This document shows, in pieces, positions 15,095 through 27,300 of a stretch of DNA of 64,000 nucleotides (positions within the stretch are counted from its first letter, which is position 1; every line of letters begins with the position of its first letter). The notes beneath the pieces were generated by a model, which was given only the letters and a program-made list of their open reading frames with translations, was not told the origin of the DNA and made no database searches. The stretch spans positions 14,012,001 to 14,076,000 of the forward strand of contig NC_087249.1 of assembly GCF_037042905.1 (NCBI RefSeq). Reading direction: 5' to 3'. This DNA comes from Lytechinus pictus (lineage: Eukaryota). The translations under genes were made by a program, and so were the position numbers.

Positions 15095-15190
15095 ATGGCC
15101 AATTGGCTTGATTGGATTAGGCCTGCCCTCAAACATGTCCGTCCGACATACTCAGTGCCATTCTCCGTCAGTTGCTAGGCGATGTCTTTT
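15095..15190. promoter_or_regulatory. Candidate promoter between the divergent nAChR and unknown gene: CCAAT boxes plus an RFX X-box-like site
   Basis: CCAATTGG 15099-15106, ATTGG 15111-15115, GTTGCTAGGCGAT 15171-15183, in a locally CpG-richer patch. Confidence 0.4.
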
Positions 15191-15853
15191 CGACGCGGAG
15201 GAGTTGTAGGTGCGATTGTCTTCCGCATCCATGCCTTGTGCGCAGGGGACCTACGGACACAGATAACTTTTGTTCAAATCGCTCCCAATACAATATGCAA
15301 CAAGCCTGATTATCGATTCCCTATCGAAGAAATAGATAACCTGACTGCTTTTAAAATATCACTTTTGTACGGGGCTGCGAATGGATGCCAAAATCGATAT
15401 ATTGCTGTTCAAACTTTTTGCCCCTTCCCCATGCCTATTCATGTCATTTGTAACGATTTTTTATAGATCTGTTTGTTACTATATCAGCGAGGGGAGTCCA
15501 TTTTGGTGTAGGCCATCGCCAATGCTTCCGTGGTCATGTGCTAGTACTTCTTCCTTTTAAAAACTACCAGGTCAAAATCTAACAGGGAGACGAGAAGAAA
15601 AAAAAAAGGCTGTCATAAGACAAGATGGAGAGTGATTGTATCTTATTAAATTGGCCCATGTCAAAATGCCAAGAAGATCTTCCCTGCATGTTGACTGCAT
15701 GTCCATTGCTGGTTGCCTCTGTATACTAATGGCATCGATGTTTTTGGACTCATCTTAGTCTTGGTAAGTCTGGTATGGTTTTTTGTTGTTGGTATTTTGG
15801 GGTTTATTTTATATCGTTTTTTGGCACATAACAACTGCCTTCTTGGCTTTTAA

Positions 15854-16350
15854 AGGGGAAGTTCACCCTGACAAAAGTTTATTGTACAAACAGCAGAAAA
15901 AATAATCAACATTATTGCCAAAGGTTTGAAAAAAATCCCTTAAAGAATTAAAAAGCCTTTAGAATGTCAATTATTTGATTTGTGACATCATTATCGAGCA
16001 GCTTTACTACATATCGTATGGTAAAAAAATCAATGAAATGTAATTTTCTCAGAAAATTGAAAATGGTTTTTACTGTACCTTCAGTATATCAATAGGCAAA
16101 TCATTTCACACCCGTTCCTAAAAAGAAAACAAAATAAGCCATCACGAACAATAAAAAAAAATGAAATTTATGCATTTTTATTACATAATAAATGGGGTAG
16201 CTGCTCGTTTATGACGTCACAAATCCAAAACTTAAAATTCTAATAACTTTCTTAATCTTCAATGGATTTTCATCAAACCTTCACCAATATTTTGTTATTA
16301 TTTTTTCTGCTATTTTTAAAACAAACTTTTCTTCAGGGTGGACTTCCCCT
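15854..16350. mobile_element. MITE with TTAA target duplication (Kolobok-like)
   Basis: TTAA|AGGGGAAGTTCACCCTGA ... TCAGGGTGGACTTCCCCT|TTAA. Confidence 0.85.
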
Positions 16351-17488
16351 TTAACTGAGAACATCACAGTAAAATTATGTTCTGCAACTGCATAAAAACG
16401 TTAACAATGATTAATGGCCCTTTTGTGCAGTTTTTTTTTAAATTAGGGGGCACAACTTGAAATATCTGGAAAATTGTATCAACATTTACGAGCGAGCGAA
16501 AATTCCAACCTTTTTATAATTAAAATCTTACTTTGTGATACATTTATACATAATATTCAGAAAAGTATGCTGTATATCACACTTAATCCCTTTTCCTTCT
16601 TTTTTCTACTTTTTCATTCTATTTCTGAATCATATTGAATCAACTACCCTAAAGACCCCTCACCTTCCCCTGTAGGCCAACGGGCCCCCTCACTATTTTT
16701 CAGGAAAAGAAAGGGGAAGAGGGGAAGAAAAGAAAAGAGCAAAGGAAGGGCAAAGGATGTCTGTTATGCAATGATACAGTACCCATAATTTCTATCTTCA
16801 TAATAAATCGAACTAATTTTGGGGTTGTCTTAAGGACCCACGTCCCATGTGCCAAATACAATTTCGCATACTTTATAAGAAGGACTCTTTTAGGTGGCCC
16901 TACATTTCTCCTTCATTAATTGTGTCTTTCTTTATGTCACTGAAGACATAATTTATGATTAATGAATTGATGTTTATGATTAGAAATGATGGGCCAAATT
17001 CATAAAAAGGTTAATTGTTTTGTCTTGCCATTTACATTTTATTTGAATCCGATACGCACTAAGATAATCAATCGAGTGAAGGGAAATTTCAAGCCAGTGT
17101 TAATGGCATAAACTCTTGAAAAGTCAGCGTTTGCTTGGAAAGATAAACTTACATTTGCATTGCTTATGATTTATGGCAATTCTAGAATTTGGAACAAGTT
17201 TACAAATTAAGATTTTACATTCCATGTTACTTCGAGAGCAGATGATTTTGTCGCTTCCAGCCCCCACAGCCATGAAATTATTATAAGATTATTGTCGAAT
17301 CTTCCTTAGGTTGATATTTCTTATTCTGAAAAAAAGAGATAGATGGGTTAATGGTATAGGATTTCAATTGATAACAGTATTTTGTTAAAATGTTACCATG
17401 GATATTGTCGTATCTTAACTCTACAAATCAGAAAATCTTTGACTATTCTTTTTTTTTTTCTTCCCAGCAGGTTACTCCCACTTTCAAG

Positions 17489-19618
17489 ATGACGTACGGA
17501 ACCAAGAATTACGGCGCCGTAGCGTCAGCCTACGGACCACTAACTAGAAACATGCCCAACGTAAAGACGGCAACTGGACAGCAAGACGGAGACAACCAGT
17601 GGAAGCAGAAGCAAAAAGTACTTCATGGTTCTCTTCTTGAGTACACGAAGAGGATGGACAAGATCAAACAGGCTCGGATGGCCATTTCAAAGAGCAAGGA
17701 ACAAGGTCGATTAAGTTCGGTACCACAGCAACGACGGCACTTTAAAATGGTCTTACCCGGTTTGGACCAACTGGAGCACGACGCACTGTCTTTGACCAAT
17801 AAGTTCATGAGCCAGGCCCAGTTCCAATCAGCATCCAGTGCCGCAGATAAGGTAATTGAACGGTCTAAGGAGACGTTGCCATCAGAAGGTGTTAAGTCCA
17901 GTATCTTCAGCAACGAGGTACAGGAGCGGTCAAAGGCATCCCCGAACTCGTTTAAACAGAACTGGAGAGTTCTGAAGGATGTTAAGGTCAGGAACATACC
18001 GGTCCTGAAAACGAAAGATGGTGTTGTTTATTCAACGGTTTGCCGCCCAGCTAAGATAAATCAACCTCAAACAGCAGAGACCTTTGAAGATACAAGGACC
18101 ACCATCGTGAAACTGGACGAGCAAGGGATTGCCAGTACAAATGTGACCAATGAAAACTTCCGGAAGTATCACCCTGGAATCTTACCAATGCCTGGTATGA
18201 AAGGCCCTTACAAGTCCAAGGTTACCCTCCATGTTTCGTTGCCCCAGATGGAGAGGGAATTCGATGGTGAACCCGACGAGGAAAATGACACCAACTCCTG
18301 CTCCATCGACTTACCGAACGATTCGCAATCGTCAAGCCGCGTTCAGACACCAAACCCTACAAAGATTGACACCGGACAGGACATATCAAGTGCTACTCTT
18401 CAAAACAAAGAGAAATTCGAAGCTGTTTTGAGCAACGATCCAATGGATGATAGAAACGGTGCAACACGTGATAAAGAGAAGCCGGGAGATGTCGCAAAAT
18501 CTTTAAAAGGAAGTGACAAACACAATGATCGTCCAAATGAAAAAGGCAATGTCAAAAGGCATATTAAAAATGAGAATGCTAAAACTATTTCTCCTCTTAA
18601 GAAAATATCGGTTTTGCCGCCGACATCGAATTTACCACGCGCGAATAAGCATGGTGAAAAGAACCACTATCCTTGCGCTGATTGTCCTGTTTGCAAAGCT
18701 GAAATGGAAAGCTCTGAATCGAATTCATCTGTGCTTAAGAAAAATGACAAGCCATTGCCAAATATCAAGTCGTCATCTGGCCAAGATTCGAGCCGCGAGA
18801 AAAATAAAGTTAAAAGAAGCTCTCTACAACAGATAACCTTACCAGGCGGTGTGATGAAATTAGGAAAGGTGACGTATCACAGGACGTACAAGATCAATGT
18901 CAGACCAGTACCTCCGCATATGAAGCAGATGGTAGGTGGTGTCAGCAGTGAGCTAACGCTGCATGATTCCTTTGCAGATGCAGTCAAAGGCACCGATGTT
19001 CTCAAGGAAGCCGAACGAACTATTCGCTTTGAAAAGAACCGCAAGGAGAACCAAGAACGGAGGAAGAGATTTACCAATGAGACGAAGCCGATGCAACCGT
19101 TGTGCAGACACGGTCGTTTCGTGCAGGAGTGTTACACGTGTAGAGCTGTTGAAGAGATCCGTCAAAGATTAAACAGCTCTTACAGCCGTAGCGAGCAGCA
19201 ATACCAATGGAACCTACTGTCGAAACACGAACGGCACTTGACGCAGAATGGCAGTAGGCCTATGTCGAACGTAAAACCACCACTGCGAAAGAACGCTCCG
19301 TACAGGTTATCCGCAATCTCTAAACCTACCGATACTGTTCATGCTGCAGAAGACAGTAATGCACCCCCTGGTGAACCTGGTGGTAGGGTCATCACTGAAA
19401 AGGAAGAAGGACGTGCCAATCCTCAAGGTTTGCTCCCGAAACATGCAGAAGGCAATATCGACGAGAACTGTGGCAATGTGTCGAATGAGAATGAAGAATT
19501 GGCGAACAAAAAGGTCCGATTCGCTGAGGAAAGAATATACGATCCCATGAGGGGGTCCTACAGACAGAGCAATAATTCGAACAATGAACAGATGCTTTTA
19601 TCGCCCCTTAAAAACTGA
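17489..19618 (+). CDS. Uncharacterised ~709-aa protein, single large coding exon, mostly hydrophilic/low-complexity
   Basis: 2.2-kb stop-free ORF in AT-rich DNA. A polypyrimidine tract and CAG acceptor end at 17470, so the likely start is the ATG at 17489 rather than 17390. A candidate upstream non-coding exon donor (TTG|GTAAGT) lies near 15763. Contains CADCPVC, CRHGRFVQECYTC and KKVRF motifs. No family recognised. Confidence 0.8.
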   Translation: MTYGTKNYGAVASAYGPLTRNMPNVKTATGQQDGDNQWKQKQKVLHGSLLEYTKRMDKIKQARMAISKSKEQGRLSSVPQQRRHFKMVLPGLDQLEHDALSLTNKFMSQAQFQSASSAADKVIERSKETLPSEGVKSSIFSNEVQERSKASPNSFKQNWRVLKDVKVRNIPVLKTKDGVVYSTVCRPAKINQPQTAETFEDTRTTIVKLDEQGIASTNVTNENFRKYHPGILPMPGMKGPYKSKVTLHVSLPQMEREFDGEPDEENDTNSCSIDLPNDSQSSSRVQTPNPTKIDTGQDISSATLQNKEKFEAVLSNDPMDDRNGATRDKEKPGDVAKSLKGSDKHNDRPNEKGNVKRHIKNENAKTISPLKKISVLPPTSNLPRANKHGEKNHYPCADCPVCKAEMESSESNSSVLKKNDKPLPNIKSSSGQDSSREKNKVKRSSLQQITLPGGVMKLGKVTYHRTYKINVRPVPPHMKQMVGGVSSELTLHDSFADAVKGTDVLKEAERTIRFEKNRKENQERRKRFTNETKPMQPLCRHGRFVQECYTCRAVEEIRQRLNSSYSRSEQQYQWNLLSKHERHLTQNGSRPMSNVKPPLRKNAPYRLSAISKPTDTVHAAEDSNAPPGEPGGRVITEKEEGRANPQGLLPKHAEGNIDENCGNVSNENEELANKKVRFAEERIYDPMRGSYRQSNNSNNEQMLLSPLKN

Positions 19619-21519
19619 CAAGATTTATTGTCATTTTTTCCGTTTATTGAATAAGGTATTAATGTATTATACAGTGGCGTAATGAGCAACAGAATTGAGG
19701 GGCCAGATATGGTGAATCGCGTAAAATTAATGAAAAAATTGCGAGCGAGCGAAGCGATCGAGCAAAAACTTCGACATTTATTACAAAAGTCCAATTTGGA
19801 GATATATTTTGACATGACATTCAGAAAATAACATCATGTTTCACCCTTCTCTCTTTCCTTTTTTTTCTTGGTCGTGAAAAATTAGGGGGGCATACAGCAG
19901 TGCTATTCGACATAATCATGTACATAGAGGCCTAAAATGTATGGACCAGTGGCGTGAAAAAAAAAAGAGAATGAGGGGCGAGACATGGCGTATCGGGCAA
20001 AATTTATTCTCCATTTGTTTTTCTTGGTCGTGAAAAAACATTTTTGGGCAAGCTTCCCTAAGACTGTAAGCCACTGTAATGTACTCCATATGTATTTTAC
20101 GTGCTGTGTAATTTAAAATGAGCCTATTCATGTTATATCGTAAATATCGTGATTACTGTTATGTGCATACTACTAAGCAATGCTTTTGTCTTTCAATCAT
20201 TCTATCAGCTGGGCTGATTCAGGGAAAGATGTTAATAGTAGTAACATTCTATCAAGTGATTGATGTGGCCTGCAGCTCCTGTAAACCAATCTGGGGGCTC
20301 GTTGCGCAAAGTAACTGCGCGCTTGATCAGTGTCATGCGAGTGAGCAAAACGAGCAAGTACACTTTACAAATACAAAAAGCGAAAAATGATGGAAAAGGG
20401 TAGAAAAGGGCCGAGGAATGACACCATCTTCCACCCTCATCAAAAACACTGCCTCTCCCCGACCCTTTTAAAGGGAAATTCATGAAAGGAACATGCGAAC
20501 ATAATTCTTCGTTTTCACCTACAAATTGCAGAAGCTCTATTGCGATATGCTCAGTCGTTTCGTTCCCTCACCCGCTCCGTAGACTCCCCTGCAAATGTAT
20601 GATCATAAACATGTTGAACGTAATGATATTCTTGCTATCTTGAAAAAGAAATTATAGCCTTGTAACGAATTGTAAGACAGGATTAATTGCAAATATATCT
20701 ATATTCTTATATAGAGTATATTTATTGTTGTTTATTTACTCATTGTGTTCATTGTGTTTAGCATGTACCCAATATGTTATATTTTCAGAAAATATGCAAT
20801 CAGTGACAGTGGCATGTGGTACTAGAAACACCATCAATGTATCATTCAAATACTAATAAATCCCCCTTCGGGTCATATTATTTTCGTTAGTTATTTATTT
20901 ATATTTTTCTTCCTAAACTTTTTTTTGGGGGGGAGGGTACAGCATGTATTATAATTGAACAAATTTATCGAGAGACTGTTTGTAGTTTGAGTTCAAATAA
21001 AATATGAAATAGGAAAACACTGCAACAGACCTGTAGACAAATACATTGAAATTTAATGAATATCTGTTCTAATAATTCAAAACCAATGATGACAATTTTT
21101 CTATTAAACAAAGTTCACTGCGTTCTAAAATAAGTTTTGTTTACTCCATTTGCTCCAAAATATTTTGCAAGGAATATATTTTATTACGAAAAGTCATCCA
21201 GTAGTACATGGGATTAACTTGTCACAGGTCGACATTTTATCGAAACGAAATATAAATTTAAAAAAAAAGTATAAAGAAACAGCACAAAAGTGGTACTTAC
21301 CTTACAGAAACTATACGAATTATATATAGTAAAAAAAATTGGCACTAGATGAACCAGATAAAATCAAAACAGATATTTCCAGTTATCACAAATAGATCCA
21401 ACCTTCTCAATGATGACAAAAATAAAAATACATGAAATATTGTTTGGACCGCACCCCGAATCGACTAATGAATATAGAACTCAATAGAGCACATGACCTA
21501 TCTGTGTGTAAAACTCAGA

Positions 21520-21543
21520 AAGAGAGAAGGGGAGGGAGGGAGA

Positions 21544-21582
<39 letters not shown>

Positions 21583-21990
21583 GAGATCATAGCTAGCGAT
21601 ACACTAATTAAGCTAAAAGCTAAGTAGATTCAACACTACCACCAACTGGAATGTGGGCTTGCGTATAGATTAAAGCAATTTAAAAATCAATATATTCCTC
21701 TAGCCCACCATCTGTTTTAAACGTAATCAATTGTTATTTGCTAACCAGTGAAGATCTTTATTTTCATTTCGACACATTAATTAACTTTCGTTTCATGCTA
21801 GATGATATGAATATTTAGGCTATATCTCATAATACAACTGATCTGAATAACATTGCCCAAAGTCCCAACTGTAAAGGTTGTCCCGCCCCCGGTCCCACCC
21901 CTTCCTCCCCCTCTCTCTCCCCACACCCTCTCTCCATCTCTCCCTCTCTCTAGTTCTTTCTCTCTTTATCTCTCTCTTTCTCTCACACAC
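21520..21990. repeat. (GA)n and (CT)n microsatellites in opposite orientation
   Basis: GA tract ~21520-21585; CT-rich tract ~21900-21985. Confidence 0.85.
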
Positions 21991-24345
21991 GCATTGAACA
22001 TTCATGTGGGGTGCGTTCATGGGGTTGTAGAGCGTGTGTATGAAAGAGATGGGAAAAGAAAATGACGCGGGTCACGCGTATCTGTGCAGATTTTTGGCTT
22101 TTTGGGGGCCTACGTCTGGTTTATTTGCTTAAACAGACATACTAGAACAAAATGAAATAATCATCTTGACTAAACTGAAATAACACAAACACCCGATAAC
22201 AAGGACGCAATTCGAAAATATAATAATTAGCCATTCTCATTTACCCAGAGTTTCCACAGAAGCTCTTATGAACTGTTTTTTACAGCGGGCCCTGCATAAC
22301 AAGCTCTCTTTGAAATCTAACAAAAGTAAAAGTAACGAACAAAGTGAGCAAATCAAATTACAGAATTACTCTCTGGCTAATGTTAATGCAAAATTTAGGT
22401 TTGTCTGGGAATAGTTTGTTTAACGAAATTGTTTCCAGTAATAAAGTGTTTCTCTTAAATTCAAAACCTAGAATTTCCCCTGGTCATGACCTGCTGGTGA
22501 TACAATGATCTGCTATTGCATTTCCTATAATACTATATTCATATTTTAGCAAATAATAAACTTTGCATTCATATGCTAAAAACAAAAAGAAATGTAATCT
22601 TAAAATATATTCAAACTTGAACTTAATGTCTCATTTGGCAGTACACACTATAATATATGTACCAGTTGGTTCGTAAAGTCGTACGTTACATGAAGAACGG
22701 TTTTGTGAAACAGACCTGGCTTGGTTTGTGATGTCCCTCCTCCTTCTTTTTCCTCTTCTTCTTCTTTATATTCTTCTTTTTTTTCTTCTTCATATTCATT
22801 TTACATATAAACATACTAGAACATACATTTTGCCCAATGTCTGTATCCACATTTAATATGAAAGTACAATTTTTTTAGTAGACATTAACATGATAAGCAC
22901 TGAGAAGTAAGAAACATGTACAACATGACAGTACCTTTTCTGCGACCCCACAAAATATTAAAAAATCGACATAATATACAAAAGATCTTTTTGAGCATTA
23001 ACTTGAGAATGCCAAGAGTTATATGCAAAACTAAGTGCAAAATAAATGTAATTCTTACAAAGTCCAGAATTTCTCAGAGGAGAGGCACAAAAACCACCCA
23101 CCTTTTTCACGCAGCAAATAAGGTACAATAAAATTTATCACTCCAATCACCCCCCCCCCCCCCCTCTTTGACACCGGGAGTCAAAAGATGTTTACACATT
23201 TTTGTTTTTACTAAACACGTATGGAGGTCAAACTAAGAGAAAACTTTGATACCTCTTGCGCATATCTACAGACTCTTAAATAAATTCGAATAGGAAAATG
23301 AGTCCAAATCGCTCGGATGAACTTGATAAATATTTGTTACTGGAGCATAAACTTCCCCTAATGATGACCGTGCGTTATACTTTATGCCCTTCGTATGTAG
23401 GACTTCATTAACAATATCATATCACACTTGTTGATTAAGCGTTCCCCTCTCTTTTGGACACGTGACAACTTTCCCTGATTTTGATTGGGTAAGAAGCACA
23501 GGTGTCTTAATGTTGCTATGGTAACTGTCAGATAAATCAGAATTTATTGGATGAAACGTCCGACAACTTGAAGTCTTTCCATGAAATACAACGTGTTCCT
23601 CGTTCAGAGCAGAAAGGCCGCTCCAAAGACCCGGAGGTAGGCGGCAGGGCTGACTTATACCCCTGTATATAGTCATTTTTTGCAATAGGGAAGAAAGAGG
23701 AGAAAACGAAAAAAAAGACGAAGAAAACATACGAAGAACGACGAAGGAAGAGTTTGAAAATGTCTGTATCTGGGCTGTGTAAATACTAATGCCCCCATTT
23801 TACCGCTGAGAAAAGAGTGACTTTATCTTCATGTTTTCTTACCCCACTCCTTTTAAAAATGCACCGGCGCCGCACCCGATGATATACATGATATAGAAAA
23901 CCCTGGTTCATTATAACATCATTTTATATGTTCGGAACTTAGCCAATGTGAATTTAGATTATGACACTACTGCATATATATAGCAGGCTAAATCAGACAC
24001 CCACGAAAAATATAGCAGAAAAATTGACTGTCTTTGAAAACTGATACGGCTCTCTTTGTATACAGTCATATCTTAGGCTCAGGCATGATGTATTCATTTA
24101 CCCAACAAAATGTTGATTATGAAATCAGACAACTATTTCTTCTAGCATGAAGCCATCCCTGCTAATATTGTTTTAATAAATAAGATCAAACTCATCGTTG
24201 CGAACTATATTCACGTTGCATGATGGACTTTGGTCTGAGTCTGGGCTGGAATGAATACTCCGGTCGGTGTCTGGGGCTCATTAGTCGTTATTGACTCTCA
24301 GTAAAAGCAAACGAAGTGGAGCTTCGACCCGGATCTATACAAGCC

Positions 24346-27300
24346 TCAAGTGACTCTAAACATGCCGAAATAACTTGTGTCTTCAAACAGGCAGACTCGA
24401 CGAGGGGTGTACAGCATTTTAATGGCAACCTTCGCCCTTGGAGGAAGGTACACGAGACCGCCGATGAAGCATGTTTTGTACTTGCTTGTCTGTTCCGAGA
24501 TCGGGGCGATGCAGGTGAATGCTTCGACACCATCGATCACTATGGTATGACCGATGTACTCATTTGGGTCGTAGTACATCATCTAAAAAGTTTGATAGAA
24601 AAAATATATATTTATGATTTGTTAATGTCTCTTTTAGGGACTGTTTCACAAATTTGATATTAGGGCATTTTCGCAATCACTACGCAGAAGCTTTCTGGAA
24701 CGTAGAGAATCTATTGTCAAAAGTCCTTCAGAGCAAAACAGCCTTTGTCGAAATTCGGTGAATCAAAACAGCAGTGCCGTCCTGGACTCTGGGCAAAGGA
24801 CGTATTTTCAATTTTTGCCCGGTTCGAATCTTAAGACGATGGGTTGTCCCGGTGCACCAACTTCGACAATGACCTCTAATCTGTCCATTGTGATTTGACA
24901 GGCTTTTCAATAGATTCTGAATGTTGAGGAAAGCGTCTGCGAAGTGGATGCTAGAATACGCTAGAACGTTGATGACAGATGATAAACGCCTATCACACCA
25001 AGGAAAGTGACTCCAGATCGATCAGGGGTATGTCACTGGAAATAACGTAAAGAGATTTGATCGGTCTGTAGCCAGTTTCACCAGCATGACTGTCGCAATA
25101 CATGTTCTAGTGAAAAATGATATAATACAAATTGTATTGGTTTAATAAAGTTGGTTTGAATTCCCTATAGGCTTTACCTTATAAAATTTTGAAAAAACAA
25201 CAACATTGCATTGTCATCATTGCCATCAGTGAGAAAGTAACCATCGAACGGCAATGTTATGCAACTTCAGCCCCCTACTCGGTTTAGCCAACCCCGCTTC
25301 TTTTAAAAAAGCCGGGTTCGAATTTGCACCCCTTTTCCCGTATTTGAAACCCTCGAGAAAAGGGGTTCCCAAAAAGTTTCATTACGTGCTCAAGAACCTT
25401 AAATGGTTCTATGGGGTACATAAAAGGGTTCCAATGTGGTTGTTTAGAACTTTTAAAAGAACCAGATAAGGGACAAGACAGTATAGAACCCTATAAGAAC
25501 ATTTTTTTCCGAGAGTGTAGGACATGTTGGGGAAAATTTACCTGGCTATATACGTAGTACAATCCTGGAGTTCGTACGGTAACGTTCCCCCGCGCTGACA
25601 GTCGAAATTCCCTTTTGATTTCATCCATGTAGTCTGCAGACCCTGCCTTCAGTAGTGACGAGGATAGAGCCCAGTAAGGAACCCAACCAGCTTTTTGCAA
25701 GTGAAAAGGGAGAAGGAAGAAAATGAAAGGTTTTCAAAAAGTATGGCATCGTCTTGTTTCGAAAAAAAAATATAAAAAGTAAAAAAGAAACCTATCTTTA
25801 ACTAGGTTGATCAGTTAGATGACAACAAATTGCATTATTCATGTCGTACATCTACAAAATTTAATGATTATGAAGAACATTATTTTTTACGTTTTTGTGT
25901 TTTTTAACTTATACATCTGTGCAAAATTGCAACATTTGAGTACGAAGGGTGAAGATAATGATGTGGATTTTGTTGATTAACCACCATCATCTTAAAACAT
26001 TACCATTACCAGTCAAAATATTCTGTTTAACAGTGATTTTTACCACCAGGTTCAAGTAGGCAGGCATCATGTTAGTCGGACTGACAAGAAGACCGGGGGA
26101 GGGGGGAGGGGGTTCATGTCCTTCTCGGGTGTTTTGTCCGACAAACTGTTCTATCGGACAGCTAACATTGCTTCTCCATTTCTCAATCAATCAAAGTCAA
26201 GGAAATGTACATGGGAGCTTAAGCATGCAATATTCGTACTATCGCACAGGGCACATCTAATGGCTCAAAATGCACCATCATAATTGTATTCATATTTTAG
26301 GTTACAATAATTCATTGACCTGTGATTACTTGTTCTGATTCTTTCGTGACGTCACATCTATAGCATGCAGATTGAGTAAACGCAGATTGTAAGTCACGCA
26401 CGTATAAGTTGGCATTGTCGGGATTCGCTCGAATTCATAAACCTTAATATTTGTACAGAGGAACTGTGCATTTGTCCCCGATTGCCATGATTTTTACAAC
26501 TTTCAATATGTTTTACACAGCAAATATTCGTGCGATGGTATATTTTGCAGGAGGTGAAATGGTGATCTAGGCAAAGTCGAGTTGACTATAGCATGTTTTT
26601 TTTCAATTTGATTAGAGTGCATTGCGTCATTCTGAATGCAAAATCTTAAAATTAATTCGTACCCTCACCTACGCCGATTGTTGTGGTTCGATTGAGATTG
26701 GCCTGGAAATGGACGCCTTTTATCTCTGTCGAATTTCGATCTGAATACCAAAATTAAAAATGCATTTTGATATAGTTATCCCACTTCTTATGAACTGTTC
26801 TCCAAACGGAGTATGCGTAACATAAAGTTTTACCCTTCTCCATTTCAATACGTGGAGCGCCTGCAAAGAAGGCCCATTTTTATTTAAGTATTTGGAATGA
26901 CTCAGCCGAAGATCGAACCCCGACCCCCCGTTTATAAGGCGGACACTCTACCACTAAATGGCTTTTGCAGATTCGAGATATCAGTGCCTGACGTCGAATA
27001 AACGAATAAATTCGAGATCATCATGAACGGTGTGTTGGCTCAGTTGGTAGAGCATCCGCCTCACAACCAGGAAGGTCGGAATTCAAGTCCCGGCCGCATC
27101 ACACCAAAAGACGTAAAGAGATGGGAGTTACTGCTACCCTGTTTGGTGTTCAATGAGTCAGGGGATAGGACCACATCCATTGACATCGATCTGGCGCTGT
27201 TTAGAGGCTACCGGGCCCACGATCAATTTTGGGTAAAATGAATTTTCGGAGGAGTTATTTTTCTATCATCATCGTGGCACAGGTCATATTCAAATAAATA

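Noticed and set aside
17390-17488. N-terminal 33 aa of the 742-aa ORF
   Set aside because: It runs through a polypyrimidine tract and CAG acceptor, so it is most likely intron or UTR.
27029-27100. tRNA-like sequences here and at ~12290-12360 and ~61825-61897
   Set aside because: There is no proper acceptor stem and they continue into shared SINE bodies; treated as SINE heads.
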